This document shows, one piece after another, positions 22,734-37,021 of a stretch of 39,944 nt of DNA. The stretch is from positions 1-39,944 of the forward strand of contig JAHLWZ010000554.1 of NCBI GenBank assembly GCA_020536535.1, written 5' to 3'. A program made the position numbers and the translations under genes. Source of the DNA: Pelomyxa schiedti. Its lineage: Eukaryota > Protista > Evosea. Positions within the stretch are counted from its first letter, which is position 1. Every line of letters begins with the position of its first letter. The notes beneath the pieces are model-generated. The model was not told the origin of the DNA. It searched no databases and saw nothing but the letters and a program-made list of their open reading frames with translations.

Positions 22734-24977
22734 ATGGGAGACTCTTCAGGAGATGGCTGGGCACAACGGGCTGAGCTCTACAAGTCAAAATTAATGACCC
22801 TCATTTCTGAGGTAATTAGCAATATTTCCCATTATTGTTGGTCTGAGACCGCTCTATCCACGCCTTTATTATGAACTATTTCTTTTTTTAAAAAACCAAA
22901 AAGTCTATAATTTTTCTGTAAAACATGGAGTTCATTTTCTATTGTTTTTTTTAAGGTGAAGGAAGAGAGGCGACTCAACTCTGAAACTCTGGCAGAAATG
23001 CAGGTTCGAGTTTATGATGTCTTTGAAAGTGCAGAATGCTTATATCTTTTAGAGTAAGTTAGATGAAGCTACCTCCCAAAGGGATACCCTAGAATCCAAA
23101 TTGGTTAGAGTTGTGGAGATGCTTAGAACCGAGCGCCAAGCAAATGCTGCCGCCGCTCAAGGTACAACTCTACGTGAAACCTTTTTTGTATCCAAAAACC
23201 TGCAGGGAATGAAGCAATGAGAGCACTACAAGAACAAGTACAGAGGCTAACCGCAGAAAACTCACAAAAATCTCAAATGCTGGAAGATGCTGCAGCAGAT
23301 AATGCCACCCTGACCCAAAATATATCCGTCATGGAGACCAAGGTTGAATACTATGGAATATAACCAGCTTGGTTTTCCTCTCACAATGTTCCACCAGTGC
23401 CTTGAAGTTGCACAAGCACTTGAAGAGACTCAAAAGAGGTGCGCGCAAGCAGAAGAACAGGTATAGCTCATGCCTACCTAAAAAACCAGTTTTACATCTC
23501 CAGTGTTCCCTCTTGGAAGAATACGAGAATCAACAAAGAGACCTGAACTCCAAACTTGCTGTTGTTTCGGATGAAAAATCTGTATAGCCACCCATCTTCC
23601 TTTCTGGCCTAATCTACTTAGAAACTTGAAATGCAACTGTCTGAGTTCCAAACTCGTGTATAACAAATGAATCACTTACTGTTCGAATAACGGGCTTAAG
23701 ATAAACCAATTGGAATCACAAACATCAACACAAGATCTCTCTGCGGCTCTCAAAGCTGAAGAGCAAAGAAGAGTCGAACTTCAAGAACGAACAACAAAAC
23801 TCCTTCAAGCTGTCAAAGTGGAGCGGTTGTTTTCCTTCACAAATTACCTTCTCAATCTTTTATCGTTAAATTCTATTACAGAGAAAACAAGAAAAAAGAA
23901 ATGGATGCGTTAGAGATGCGGGCAATTAGTGCTGAAGAAAAATTGCAACAACTATCAGCCGAGGTGGTGGAGTTGAAGACTCTCTCCAATACTCCCTCCA
24001 CCAACAATTGCCAATGTGAAACTTTGCGTGATGAGGTGGCACAGTTAAAGTCTGAATGTTCCGACTCGCAAAGGAAACTACAATTGCTGGCGAATAAAAT
24101 CACTGAACAGCAGGGACATTCAGCAGAACAAGAGCGGAATGCAGCCAAATTGGCAAACGAACTGGAAGGCGAAACGGCACAACGGAAAAAACTAAGTCGA
24201 ACAATTGCTGAGTTGCACGAAGAGCTTCAAAAGAAAAATGAGAAAATAAGCTCGCTAGAAGAACAGATTGCCTCTTCTGGTAACTCCGGAGGTAACCTTA
24301 AGCAACAATCCATTCCTCTCTCCTCACTCTCGTCAGATATTACCTCTTGGCCAATGCCCGCTACTCTCACGCTGACATTACCACCAGAGTTTTCCTCAGC
24401 CCCACCTCCCCCACCGGGGCCACCCCCTCCACCCCCACCTCCACCACCTCCAGCTGGGCCAAAGGCACCTCTGAAGTTTACAAAGAAATCCGGTGGTTCC
24501 GCAGCCACTCCTGCCCAGCAAGATCAACCTTCTACAACTCAAACACCTGGTATGTGTATAATGCCTCTCACTTGTGTATTCTAACTCTTCTTATACCCCA
24601 GCGGCCCCTAAAAGTACCTCTGAGCTCATTGATGAAATTCGTAAAGGTGTCAAACTGAAACCGGCTTCTGCCCGCACAACACCCGCACAACCTCTTACAG
24701 GCCCTGCCGCTCCCGACAATAAAAAGGCAGCCAGACCAGGTAGCTATCCTCCCAAAGTTCTTTATTGCATTCCTGATTCTGTCCTATCAGGGGGTGAGTA
24801 TGCTAACTTGGGTGCAATGGCTGCAGGTTTTCCTCTTTCTGTTTGCTTAAACAAATCCTCCCGCCCTTTACACTTGGTTTTGTAGATATTGCACAAAAGC
24901 GGAAGCAGAGAATGCAAGAAAACCCAGCCACTCAAAAGCAATCATACCGTACTTTTCAAATGCATACAATAAACTGA
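22734..24977 (+). CDS. Coiled-coil / polyproline / WH2-like actin-binding protein
   Basis: Multi-exon heptad-rich region, PPPPPGPPPPPPPPPP, SELIDEIRKGVKLKPA (WH2-like), then NLGAMAADIAQKRKQRM (central-helix-like); stop at 24975-24977. Confidence 0.75.
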
Positions 24978-25237
24978 CTCTAATATCCCTTCAAAGGTTA
25001 CTCTGTCCGTCTTGATAACCTTCTCACTGAATTGGACTCTCTTTAACACATTCACCACAATCAATGTACCTCATAAAAAAAGGTTGCAAAAGAAAAAAGT
25101 TTATGCTTTTGCACTTTCGCAATTGAAAGGCCTCCACTAGCTGAATTAAAACAACACCTTCCTATGCAAACACAAGGAATTCTAAATGCCATCGATAATC
25201 TTTTTACAAGTGAGGAAATAAGAATATTATGGTAGGA

Positions 25238-26432
25238 TCACACCTTCCAATGAGACTCATCAGAACCGGGGTAAATAGTACTTTCTGACTGGAGGAATTG
25301 CACAACAGCACTGTTGAACAGTCAATTAAAATACAGTAGAAACACACACGCACTTCACATCTTCCCAGGTAAAATGAGGGATAAATCCAACGATTTCATC
25401 CACTGTGAGACCATTCTCACCCTGATTCTGGCGAAGGACATTCTTCACCTATTTTAGTGATATTAGACGCCGGAAGATTCTGAGATACAACGCACTTGCT
25501 CAGTTATATCCCCTTGGCCTTGATTGCCGCCTGGAGCAGCAGTACCCTGCTGGTTGAAATTGTCCATTGGTTGACCCTTGTTGACAATAAGAGTTGATTT
25601 GAGCGAAAATGAGCTGTTTACGGGAATTGGACCACGCTGGTTGTGCAAATGAACAAATAATGCCTCGAGCATATGATGGGTGAGCTCGTTCATACTAGTC
25701 AAAGCGTACATTCTATATGAAGTAAGAGTGCGTCTGTCGGCAAAAGACCTACATAGAGTTTGAACAGAGTACAAAAGTAGAGCCAGTTTAGTTTACCTTA
25801 AGGCTCCGTAAACTCTCACGTATGTCCCAACTGCAAATTTCTGTGAAGCTTCACCATCACCGAGATTCATGCCTTCTTGTGAATCAAGCCACAAAACTAC
25901 CTCCATTTCTGCGGTACAATCATGAAACTATCGGTGCATTAGACACTGTGAAAGGGTCTTTTCAGATACCATGTAGTGGATACTATGTTCTTGTTCCCAG
26001 ACCTTAGTGATCATTCCCACGAAAGTAACCTTGGTGGAAAAAAATGTGTCAAAGGAAAAGTGGTGGGGGAAAAAAAAAGTAAAAACCTGGTTTACTTCTT
26101 TCCCATCTATCTTAAATGTCTCCTCTGAGAAATCTTTTGTAGCTTCAAGCAATAGTTTTAATGTAACAGGTATAACTGACACCCCTGCATTCTTTGCACC
26201 TCCCTTTTGGGTTTTTTTTAATGGTTAATGAAAACAGGCGAGTTGTTTCATGTGGCTAAATAGTTTTAACAATAGACACTACGTGGCATTTATAACCTAG
26301 GCACAATGCCCTCCACTTTTTAAAATGAATAATTATATACGGATTCATTGCCTTTTTGGGGGAGTCAACTCCTGGTGAATTGGTGTAGCCCCCACCCCCG
26401 CCGTATGCCGTTGTAGACTGGCTTGTGTACAT
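25238..26432 (-). CDS. RPA2: Replication protein A 32-kDa subunit
   Basis: N-terminal YGGGGGYTNSPG..SP; OB-fold SVIPVT..FKIDG.EVNQVTFVG..GTYVRVYG.LRSF..NELTHHMLE; C-terminal winged helix ..TIYPGSDESHWKV*. Confidence 0.92.
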
Positions 26433-26851
26433 TCAATTATGGGACACTTGCTGTAGCTCACTTCCAGTCACTGATTTTTCCTGCCAAACAACTACGTCGT
26501 TTGCCGGTCGGTCTCCTACCACCAAGACAATCAATTAGCCGATCTGGTATCTGTACCAAAAAAAAGAAAAGCTATTGCCCAATGTTTTGGAACAACAGGA
26601 TCACTCAGGCATTCTAGTTGTAGGCTTTGTGGACAGTGTTGTGTGCACACTTCAAAATGTCACTTTGAGCAAACTCAGTTGCTCAAGACGGGCTGTTGTG
26701 CTGAAGTTATTGGTTTCTTGTGTGGTTAACAATCCAAAGCGACGCCCAGGAAGGCGTGATAATGGGAGTGGGGAAAAAAAAGGTGACCAAAGACAACAAC
26801 AAGGGAAAATATGTATGTTGAAGGGTATGTTAATGGGAGAGTTTTGGCTTG

Positions 26852-30366
<3,515 letters not shown>

Positions 30367-30600
30367 CGAACCTCCTCCCCTCGCTATTTATTTTTGTTTT
30401 TTTTTCTTTCCCTTGTTTGCATTCCTTGTGTTCAAAACTGGAAGGTGGTGGCAGGGGGTGAATCGCTGAGAAACCTGTCTCTGATTCCGCTCCTGGAGCG
30501 GACCAATGACTACACTACTGGGCATGTGTTGAGAGCTGAGGTGAGTTCTGATTGGGTCCCATTCCCCGAAAGTGAATAGATTGATCCTCTCTCGGGAGCG

Positions 30601-32249
30601 ATGCTTGAGCGACGAAGGGGCGTGGCCGCGGGTCACAGCACCAGGCGTGGGTGTTTGGCATCAGTTGCCTGCACGTGCACCCTGCTACTCATAGTCGTCG
30701 TCGTGGTGGTGTGGCTCAACGTCGTCGTGCTCGTGGCGTCTCGTGGTCGCCAGCCGTCGCCGCCACCACGACACCAACTCGCGCTGGACCGCGCAGCAAC
30801 AGATCAACAAAAACCACCTCCCATAAGCCCAACCGCCCACCCCCGGAGCGAGTCGCAGCAACAAAGGTCAGAAGACACTGCACTTGCATCTGTTGCCAAC
30901 CACGACGACAAGGACGCCGGGGAGGAGGCAGAGTCTGAGGCGGAGGCGGCAGCGGTGGCCGACAGATTAAGTGGCACCCAGCCTCCCACTCCCTCTTATG
31001 GGAGTACTACCGGCGGAAATCTTGGTGGTGCCAGCACTGCCGGTGGCGATGACGCCGAGAGCAATTATGGGACAGTGGAGGGCGCAGGAGTTACGAGGAG
31101 GGTGTTTCCAGAAATGGAACCGAGTGTGTGTGTTGCAGCGTTGAGCTGCAGGAGGTTGCATTTGTTGGAGAAGTCCCTCGCTGCTATTATAAACCACATG
31201 GAGCTATATGAACCCAATTTGAAGTGTGTGGAATTGCCTGTGTTGTTTTTTATTATTGTTATTTTTTTTTTTGATTTCCTTATTTGATGTGGCGCTTGTT
31301 TGTTTGTTTGTTTGTTTGTTTGTTCGGATGGATGGATTGATTGTTGTTGCTGTTGTTGTTCCTTTTTGGGTGCTTTGGGAGACAGGTATGAGATATGTTG
31401 GGTGGACAATCATAGTGAACTGGACAAAGCCTATCACATTTTGGAATCATTTCCCATAGAGAAGAACCTGCTCCTCAAGGTTTGTATTTCATTTTTTGAA
31501 GTTCTATTCACTTTATTCAAAAGCAAAACTACGGACTTGGATTTGCATTCAACACACTATTTTTTGATTTGTGCCGATGGAGTACTTATGTACTAAGCAT
31601 TGAGGAAGATTGGCTATGGCGTCCTCAGCTTAATTTCAGTGTGATCCAAATGGGCATATCTGTTCTCCGGAACGACCCAAACGTGGGTGTTATTTACCTG
31701 AAACCAAGTAAGGTGCCATTTAAATTCTTTTCGTATAAACCAACTAAACAAAATCCCACTAACAACCAACAAAGCGTCCACAGAGACCCAAGCTAGTGAA
31801 TGGCTTAAAACTCCAGACGGGGTTGTCTACCGGCGGCACTGTCCAAAACGTGACTCCATTTGGGGTGTCTGGGCCAATGGTTTGCCTCTTCTTGCTTCGG
31901 GAATCCGCTAACCCGGCAACAAATAGGGGCTGTTTTGTTCAACTTGAAGCAGCTTTCATCCAAGGTCGGCCGGCAGACGGAGGAATTCTACCATGACTAC
32001 GGCGCTGAGGCCAATTATGCTAGCCGGGCAAAGGATTCATCATTGTGCAGTGCCGAACTTAAGTAAGTTAGCATGCATACTAAGCGGAAGCAATTCTAAC
32101 ACCCCATTCAAAGGCTATTTCCTGATTGTGAATCGCGGCAGTGTAATTACGGATTTACACATATTGGAGTTAATGATGCAGGCAAAAGGGCACCCAGCCC
32201 CTGCTACTCTGATGACTTCCTCAAGTATAAAAGATGGAACCAACACTAA
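30601..32249 (+). CDS. Type II membrane GT-A fold (GT2-like) glycosyltransferase
   Basis: Short basic tail, TM helix and stem, then SVCVAALSCRR..L..SL, YEICWVDNHS, NYGLGFAFN, YVLSIEEDW (DXD-like), GFTHIG; five GT-AG introns. Confidence 0.78.
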
Positions 32250-32606
32250 TTCAGATAATATCTGTTTCATAAAATAACTTTTTTTCCATTGTAAAAAGAG
32301 GAAATTTCATCAGGCATAGGAGGGTTCATTACAAACAAAAATGACACAGGGTGTACATCGTAGTATGCGTAATATGTCACAATCGGATTCACACATCAGA
32401 ACGCCCTCTGGCCGCACAAAAATGTTGCCACAGAGGGAGGCACGTTCAGTTCTGCCATTACACTGACACCACCCACTCCTGCACGTCTTTGCCTTTTGCT
32501 TCAAAAATTCCAGTAAACCAATTTTGTTGCTAGGAAAAAGGAAAAGGGGTGAGCAAAATTCATACAATCAATCATGATCTCAGCGACACCAGAGAGCACG
32601 AGGAAT

Positions 32607-33869
32607 CTAAGCCAGAAAGGAACAACAGGATGCGATGTTCATACATTGAGCAGTGGGCACTTCAAGTGTGAAAACAACAACACCAGAAAGTGCCTCAATC
32701 ACGAGAATCTTCCCAGGAGTGATTGCAAACAGGAATCCCCTGCCACCAACAACTTGACCAAACCCATCGTCACGGTGAATGCCCCTCAGTGGTTGTGTCA
32801 AGTTGTTGCAGTCCCACAATTGATATGACCGCTTGGAAAACACACAAAACAGAGATGTGCTGACCTGTGTGAGCTCTTTGCACTCGCCTGTGAGATGTGT
32901 CACTTCTCCCGTTGTTGATTCAACTGCAACCAGATCGGTATACTGGATATAGGGCGACGTTTTGTGCAAAATGAACACAACGAGACCACTCTTTCTCCTG
33001 GTCACCAGTGCACCACCAGAGGAGAAACTGGCATGTAAGGACACTGTAACCGAGGCCACCTCCGCAATTCCCTTTGATTTGTGTGTGATTCCCACATCAA
33101 TCAGAGTCAACTTAATCTCTGGAGAGCTCTTCAATGAGATCAGAAGCGCCTCGTCAGGAACCATCTTGTTGAAAGCCATTCTGCAGTATGAACCTTCACC
33201 ACATCCAGGCATTGCCACTCTCACAGCATCTGAACTCACACCTGCATCCATTGTAGTTGCTCCCTGCTGTGGCAACTTTGAGCTCACCCACGAATCAATG
33301 CTCTTTATCAACAAATTGCTGCCGCCCTCACTCACGGCTGGTGGAGGAGTCATTGATTCATCGGCCAGGAGCCACTTCGCGTTGATGATGAAAGACCTGC
33401 ACCTGCGGCCAAGGCAAATCTGCGCCGAGCAGTAGACAGGCCCGAAGGCGCGAGATTTTTTGAGAACGACGGAGCCGTCAGGCTGGCTCTCAGAAGCCAT
33501 AACGCGAGGCGCGATCCACTCGTACTTATCTCCATGCCCCCAAATGCACCGCATCTCCGGCTCCCGAGTGAGGAACCCAAGCGCGCCGCGACGCAGCGAA
33601 AACGGGACCGAGAAGAACGGCGCGTCGTCACGCCGCTGCCGCAGCTCGTGGACAACAAAGAGCACGAAGTCGGTGGGGGCGGGGGCCAGGGCGGCGAAGA
33701 AGGAGTCCCAGAACAGGCGAGAGAGGGACTGGCACGAGAACACCGGCCGCGCCGCGCTGCCCGCCCCGCACCGGCCGTGCCACGACGCCGCGATGGCGAG
33801 GAAGACGCTCGCAGCGCGAGGCGGGGCCGTGCTCGACACAACCACGTTCGGAGGGTAATTCTTTGGCAT
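32607..33869 (-). CDS. Uncharacterised intronless paralogue family, copy 1 (420 aa)
   Basis: Shares RCGAGSAARPVFSC.SL.RLFWDSFF, FNK.V.DE.L and SYQLWDCNNL..PLRG..DDGF.QVVG.RGFLFA motifs with copies 2 and 3. Confidence 0.85.
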   Translation of the reverse strand: MPKNYPPNVVVSSTAPPRAASVFLAIAASWHGRCGAGSAARPVFSCQSLSRLFWDSFFAALAPAPTDFVLFVVHELRQRRDDAPFFSVPFSLRRGALGFLTREPEMRCIWGHGDKYEWIAPRVMASESQPDGSVVLKKSRAFGPVYCSAQICLGRRCRSFIINAKWLLADESMTPPPAVSEGGSNLLIKSIDSWVSSKLPQQGATTMDAGVSSDAVRVAMPGCGEGSYCRMAFNKMVPDEALLISLKSSPEIKLTLIDVGITHKSKGIAEVASVTVSLHASFSSGGALVTRRKSGLVVFILHKTSPYIQYTDLVAVESTTGEVTHLTGECKELTQVSTSLFCVFSKRSYQLWDCNNLTQPLRGIHRDDGFGQVVGGRGFLFAITPGKILVIEALSGVVVFTLEVPTAQCMNIASCCSFLA

Positions 33870-34126
33870 TACTAGGGCGGTGACGAAAGTGTCCTGATGA
33901 ATTCTACGAAGAACTTGTGGTGGGGTTCAATTCTAAGTCCAGATTACGGAATCGACCAGTGCTGCAATCCTCATTGATACCACCTAAGATCATCAGGGTA
34001 ACTCCATCATCCGACCTTGGATCGAATCCATACCATCAGACCAAGTTTTATGGTAATTCCCAAAAACGGAAGAGGAGAGCAAACTGGTTTCCCTCCTAGA
34101 GTTTTACCAAAAACAAAAAAGACGGA

Positions 34127-35510
34127 ATGGAGGTGGTGGTTGTGCTTCTGACAGTTGTAAGTTTTGTTTTCGGACAGAGTCCAAATGAGTGTTCTACTGG
34201 GTGCCCAATGCTCTTCACAGTGGACTACAACTGCCAGTGGGCTTGTAACAATGAGGAATGTAACTGGGATGGTGGGAAGTGCTCTCCCTGTAAGCAATTC
34301 CCTTTTTGAATGGTGGTTTTCTTTTCATGTGTTGGGGTTTTTTACCTTTCACAATAGATTGTGCTTTGAACTGCTTGAACAGTTATGTTGGGGATGGAGG
34401 GTGTTATCCACCGTGTTATTTCCCCAGCTGTGATTATGACGGTGGTGACTGCGATGGAGGTACCAAAACTCATTTAATGGTTTCTCATGGGCTTGACCTT
34501 GTGCATAGAGACGTTTTGCTCAGATGGCTGTGCCTCATGGATGATTGGAAATGGAAATTGTGATACAGCTTGCCAAACTGAAGCGTGTCTCTATGACTCT
34601 GGCGACTGTGATTCCTACGTTGGTAAGGCGCTCCCGTCGTGTGTAATTAATTAATTAATTGTTTGAAAAGGTTGTTCAGCCTTGTGCTATGAAAATGGTG
34701 GAGAAGCCATTGGTGATGGCCTATGTGATCCAGAGTGCTATTGTGCTGATTCTGATTGGGATGGGGGTGACTGTGACCCCCTGCCTGCCTGGCAATACAG
34801 GGTTGAATCATCTTATAATGATGCCTGTGAGTTCTCCAAAATTACCTCCTTCATCAATGACAACTACACAGCATGCAATACTAGCCTAGTTCGACGCACG
34901 ATATCCAGTACATACCAATGCGCCGAGCTGGAGGGCTGTGACCCTGACCAAATCTACTCCAGTAGCGATGCAAACCAATTATCTAACTCCACCCTAAAAA
35001 ATGACAGATGAGTGGGTACACGTATCCTGTGCGGAGTCAATTGAAGCCTACATCCATCAATATGGACCTGGAGGGTATCACAACTCCAGCCCCCTCATTC
35101 TCTTCTCATCCTTTCACTCCCACAATCCCTATCCACACACTCACAATCCTCATATCAGGATAAGCTACCTCTACTACGTATGGGACAACCCCGGGTACAA
35201 TTACCCATGTGGCACCGATGAAGGGCACCTGGAATACGGGCACTGGAACGCGTACGGGTGCCATGGCCAGTACAACTACTCATGCGACGGCGGCGTGGCT
35301 AGGGCGACGTACTACCCGCACTCGCAGGACGGCGCTTGCGACGGCGATGAGAACTACGTGCAGGCGTACGACGAAGGGTCCTGCACGGGGCTCGGCGGCG
35401 ACGCCTATGAATCTTGGCTGAGGGTAGTGTGCGGGTCTGCTGTTGGATTGTATGACTCCTTCTCTCCTTTGTTGGCTTTGGCTCTGGCTATTGTCGCTGC
35501 TGGAGTATGA
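34127..35510 (+). CDS. Secreted/GPI-type surface protein with four LNR (Lin-12/Notch)-like repeats
   Basis: Signal peptide; four repeats of the type C..C....GDG.CD..C....C.(W/Y)DGGDC; Cys-containing C-terminal domain; hydrophobic end GSAVGLYDSFSPLLALALAIVAAGV*. Confidence 0.85.
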
Positions 35511-35606
35511 GGGTAGGCCGGTAAAGAGTTTGTAAGTAAATACTATGAGCCCGACAGTGTGGGGGAACCTGATTTTTTTCTGAAGCACAGAAGATGCATG
35601 ATTATT

Positions 35607-36887
35607 CTAAGAAAGGAGGCAGCAACGGGTGGTGATCGACAAACTCCCAGCGGAATACACATCAAAGGTGAACACCACGACACCAGAGAGCGCCTCAATC
35701 ACGAGAATCTTCCCACGAGACACTGCAAACAGGAATCCCCTGCCACCAACAACCTGATCAAACCCATCGTCGCAGTGAATGCCCCTCAGTGGTCGTGCCA
35801 AGTTGTTGCAGTCCCACAATTGGTATGACATGGTAGGCTGGCACCACGCACAAACCACGGATGTGCTGACCTGGGTGAGCTCACTGCACTCGCCTGTGAG
35901 ATGTGTGACTCTTCCCGTTGTTGATTCGACTGCCACCAGATCGGAGCAATCCGTCATGTACAAATTCTTCATCCCACGGTCATACAAAATGAACACAACC
36001 TCGCCGTTCTTCTTTCTCGTCACCGCTGCTTGAGCGCCAGTGAACCTGGGACCTAATGTGGGCACTCTCACTGAAGCAACCACCGCCATCCTCTTTGATT
36101 TGTGTGTGACGGCCACATCAGCCACAGTGAGCTCGATTCCTGGAGGACCATTACGTGAAATCAGAAGCACTTCGTCAGGAACTATCTTGTTGAAAGCCAT
36201 TCTGCAGTATGCACCGTCATACTCATATCCAGGAATCGGCACCCTCACAAAGTCAGAACTGACACGCAGGTCCACTCTCGGTGTTGACGCCCCATTCGGC
36301 TGCGGATTTGAACTTTGACTCGTCCACGCACCAATGCTATATATGCCCATAGATCTGCCTCCAGTCATGCCCCGAGGTTGCGTAAATTCATTGGTGAGGA
36401 GCCAGTTGGCGTTGACTAAATAACCAGATCTTCCCGAAACGGGAATCTTGGCGGAGCAGTAGCCCGTGCCGTAGTCGCGCACTTTCTTGAGAAGCACAGA
36501 CCCGTCGGGCTGGCGTCCGGCCGACACGGCGTTGGGCGTGAGCCACTCCATCTCGGGCAGCGCGATGGTGCGCACTGCAGGCTCGCGGGTGAGGCACCCG
36601 AGCGGCCCCAAGCACAGAGAGAACGAGAGCCCGAAGGAGGTGGTCTCGGTCCGCGTCATGTTGGTAACAACCAGCACGAAGTGGGTGGGGGCGGGGGCCA
36701 GGGCGGCGAAGAAGGAGTCCCAGAACAGGCGAGAGAGGGACTGGCACGAGAACACCGGACGCGCCGCGCTGCCGGCCCCGCACCGAGGCTGTGACGAAGC
36801 GGCGATGGCTACGAACGCAGTCGTTCCGAGCAGTGGGGCCGTGCATGACACCACCACGTTCGGCGGCGTGTTCGTCGGCTGCAGCAT
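35607..36887 (-). CDS. Uncharacterised intronless paralogue family, copy 2 (426 aa)
   Basis: ATG at 36887; same conserved N- and C-terminal blocks as copy 1. Confidence 0.85.
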   Translation of the reverse strand: MLQPTNTPPNVVVSCTAPLLGTTAFVAIAASSQPRCGAGSAARPVFSCQSLSRLFWDSFFAALAPAPTHFVLVVTNMTRTETTSFGLSFSLCLGPLGCLTREPAVRTIALPEMEWLTPNAVSAGRQPDGSVLLKKVRDYGTGYCSAKIPVSGRSGYLVNANWLLTNEFTQPRGMTGGRSMGIYSIGAWTSQSSNPQPNGASTPRVDLRVSSDFVRVPIPGYEYDGAYCRMAFNKIVPDEVLLISRNGPPGIELTVADVAVTHKSKRMAVVASVRVPTLGPRFTGAQAAVTRKKNGEVVFILYDRGMKNLYMTDCSDLVAVESTTGRVTHLTGECSELTQVSTSVVCAWCQPTMSYQLWDCNNLARPLRGIHCDDGFDQVVGGRGFLFAVSRGKILVIEALSGVVVFTFDVYSAGSLSITTRCCLLS

Positions 36888-37021
36888 CGCTTGAAAATTT
36901 CGTTACACATGATTGAGAAATTTGTGTCGAGACTGATCAGCTTCCACTTCCAGTGATGCGCCAAAAGTTTTGTTCCAACTAAAATGTCTCAACAGGAGGT
37001 AGTTACTTCTTGTTAGTGCTT

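Noticed and set aside
32310-32567. 85-aa Cys-rich minus-strand ORF
   Set aside because: No family motif, and it lies in convergent 3'-UTR space; cannot be supported.
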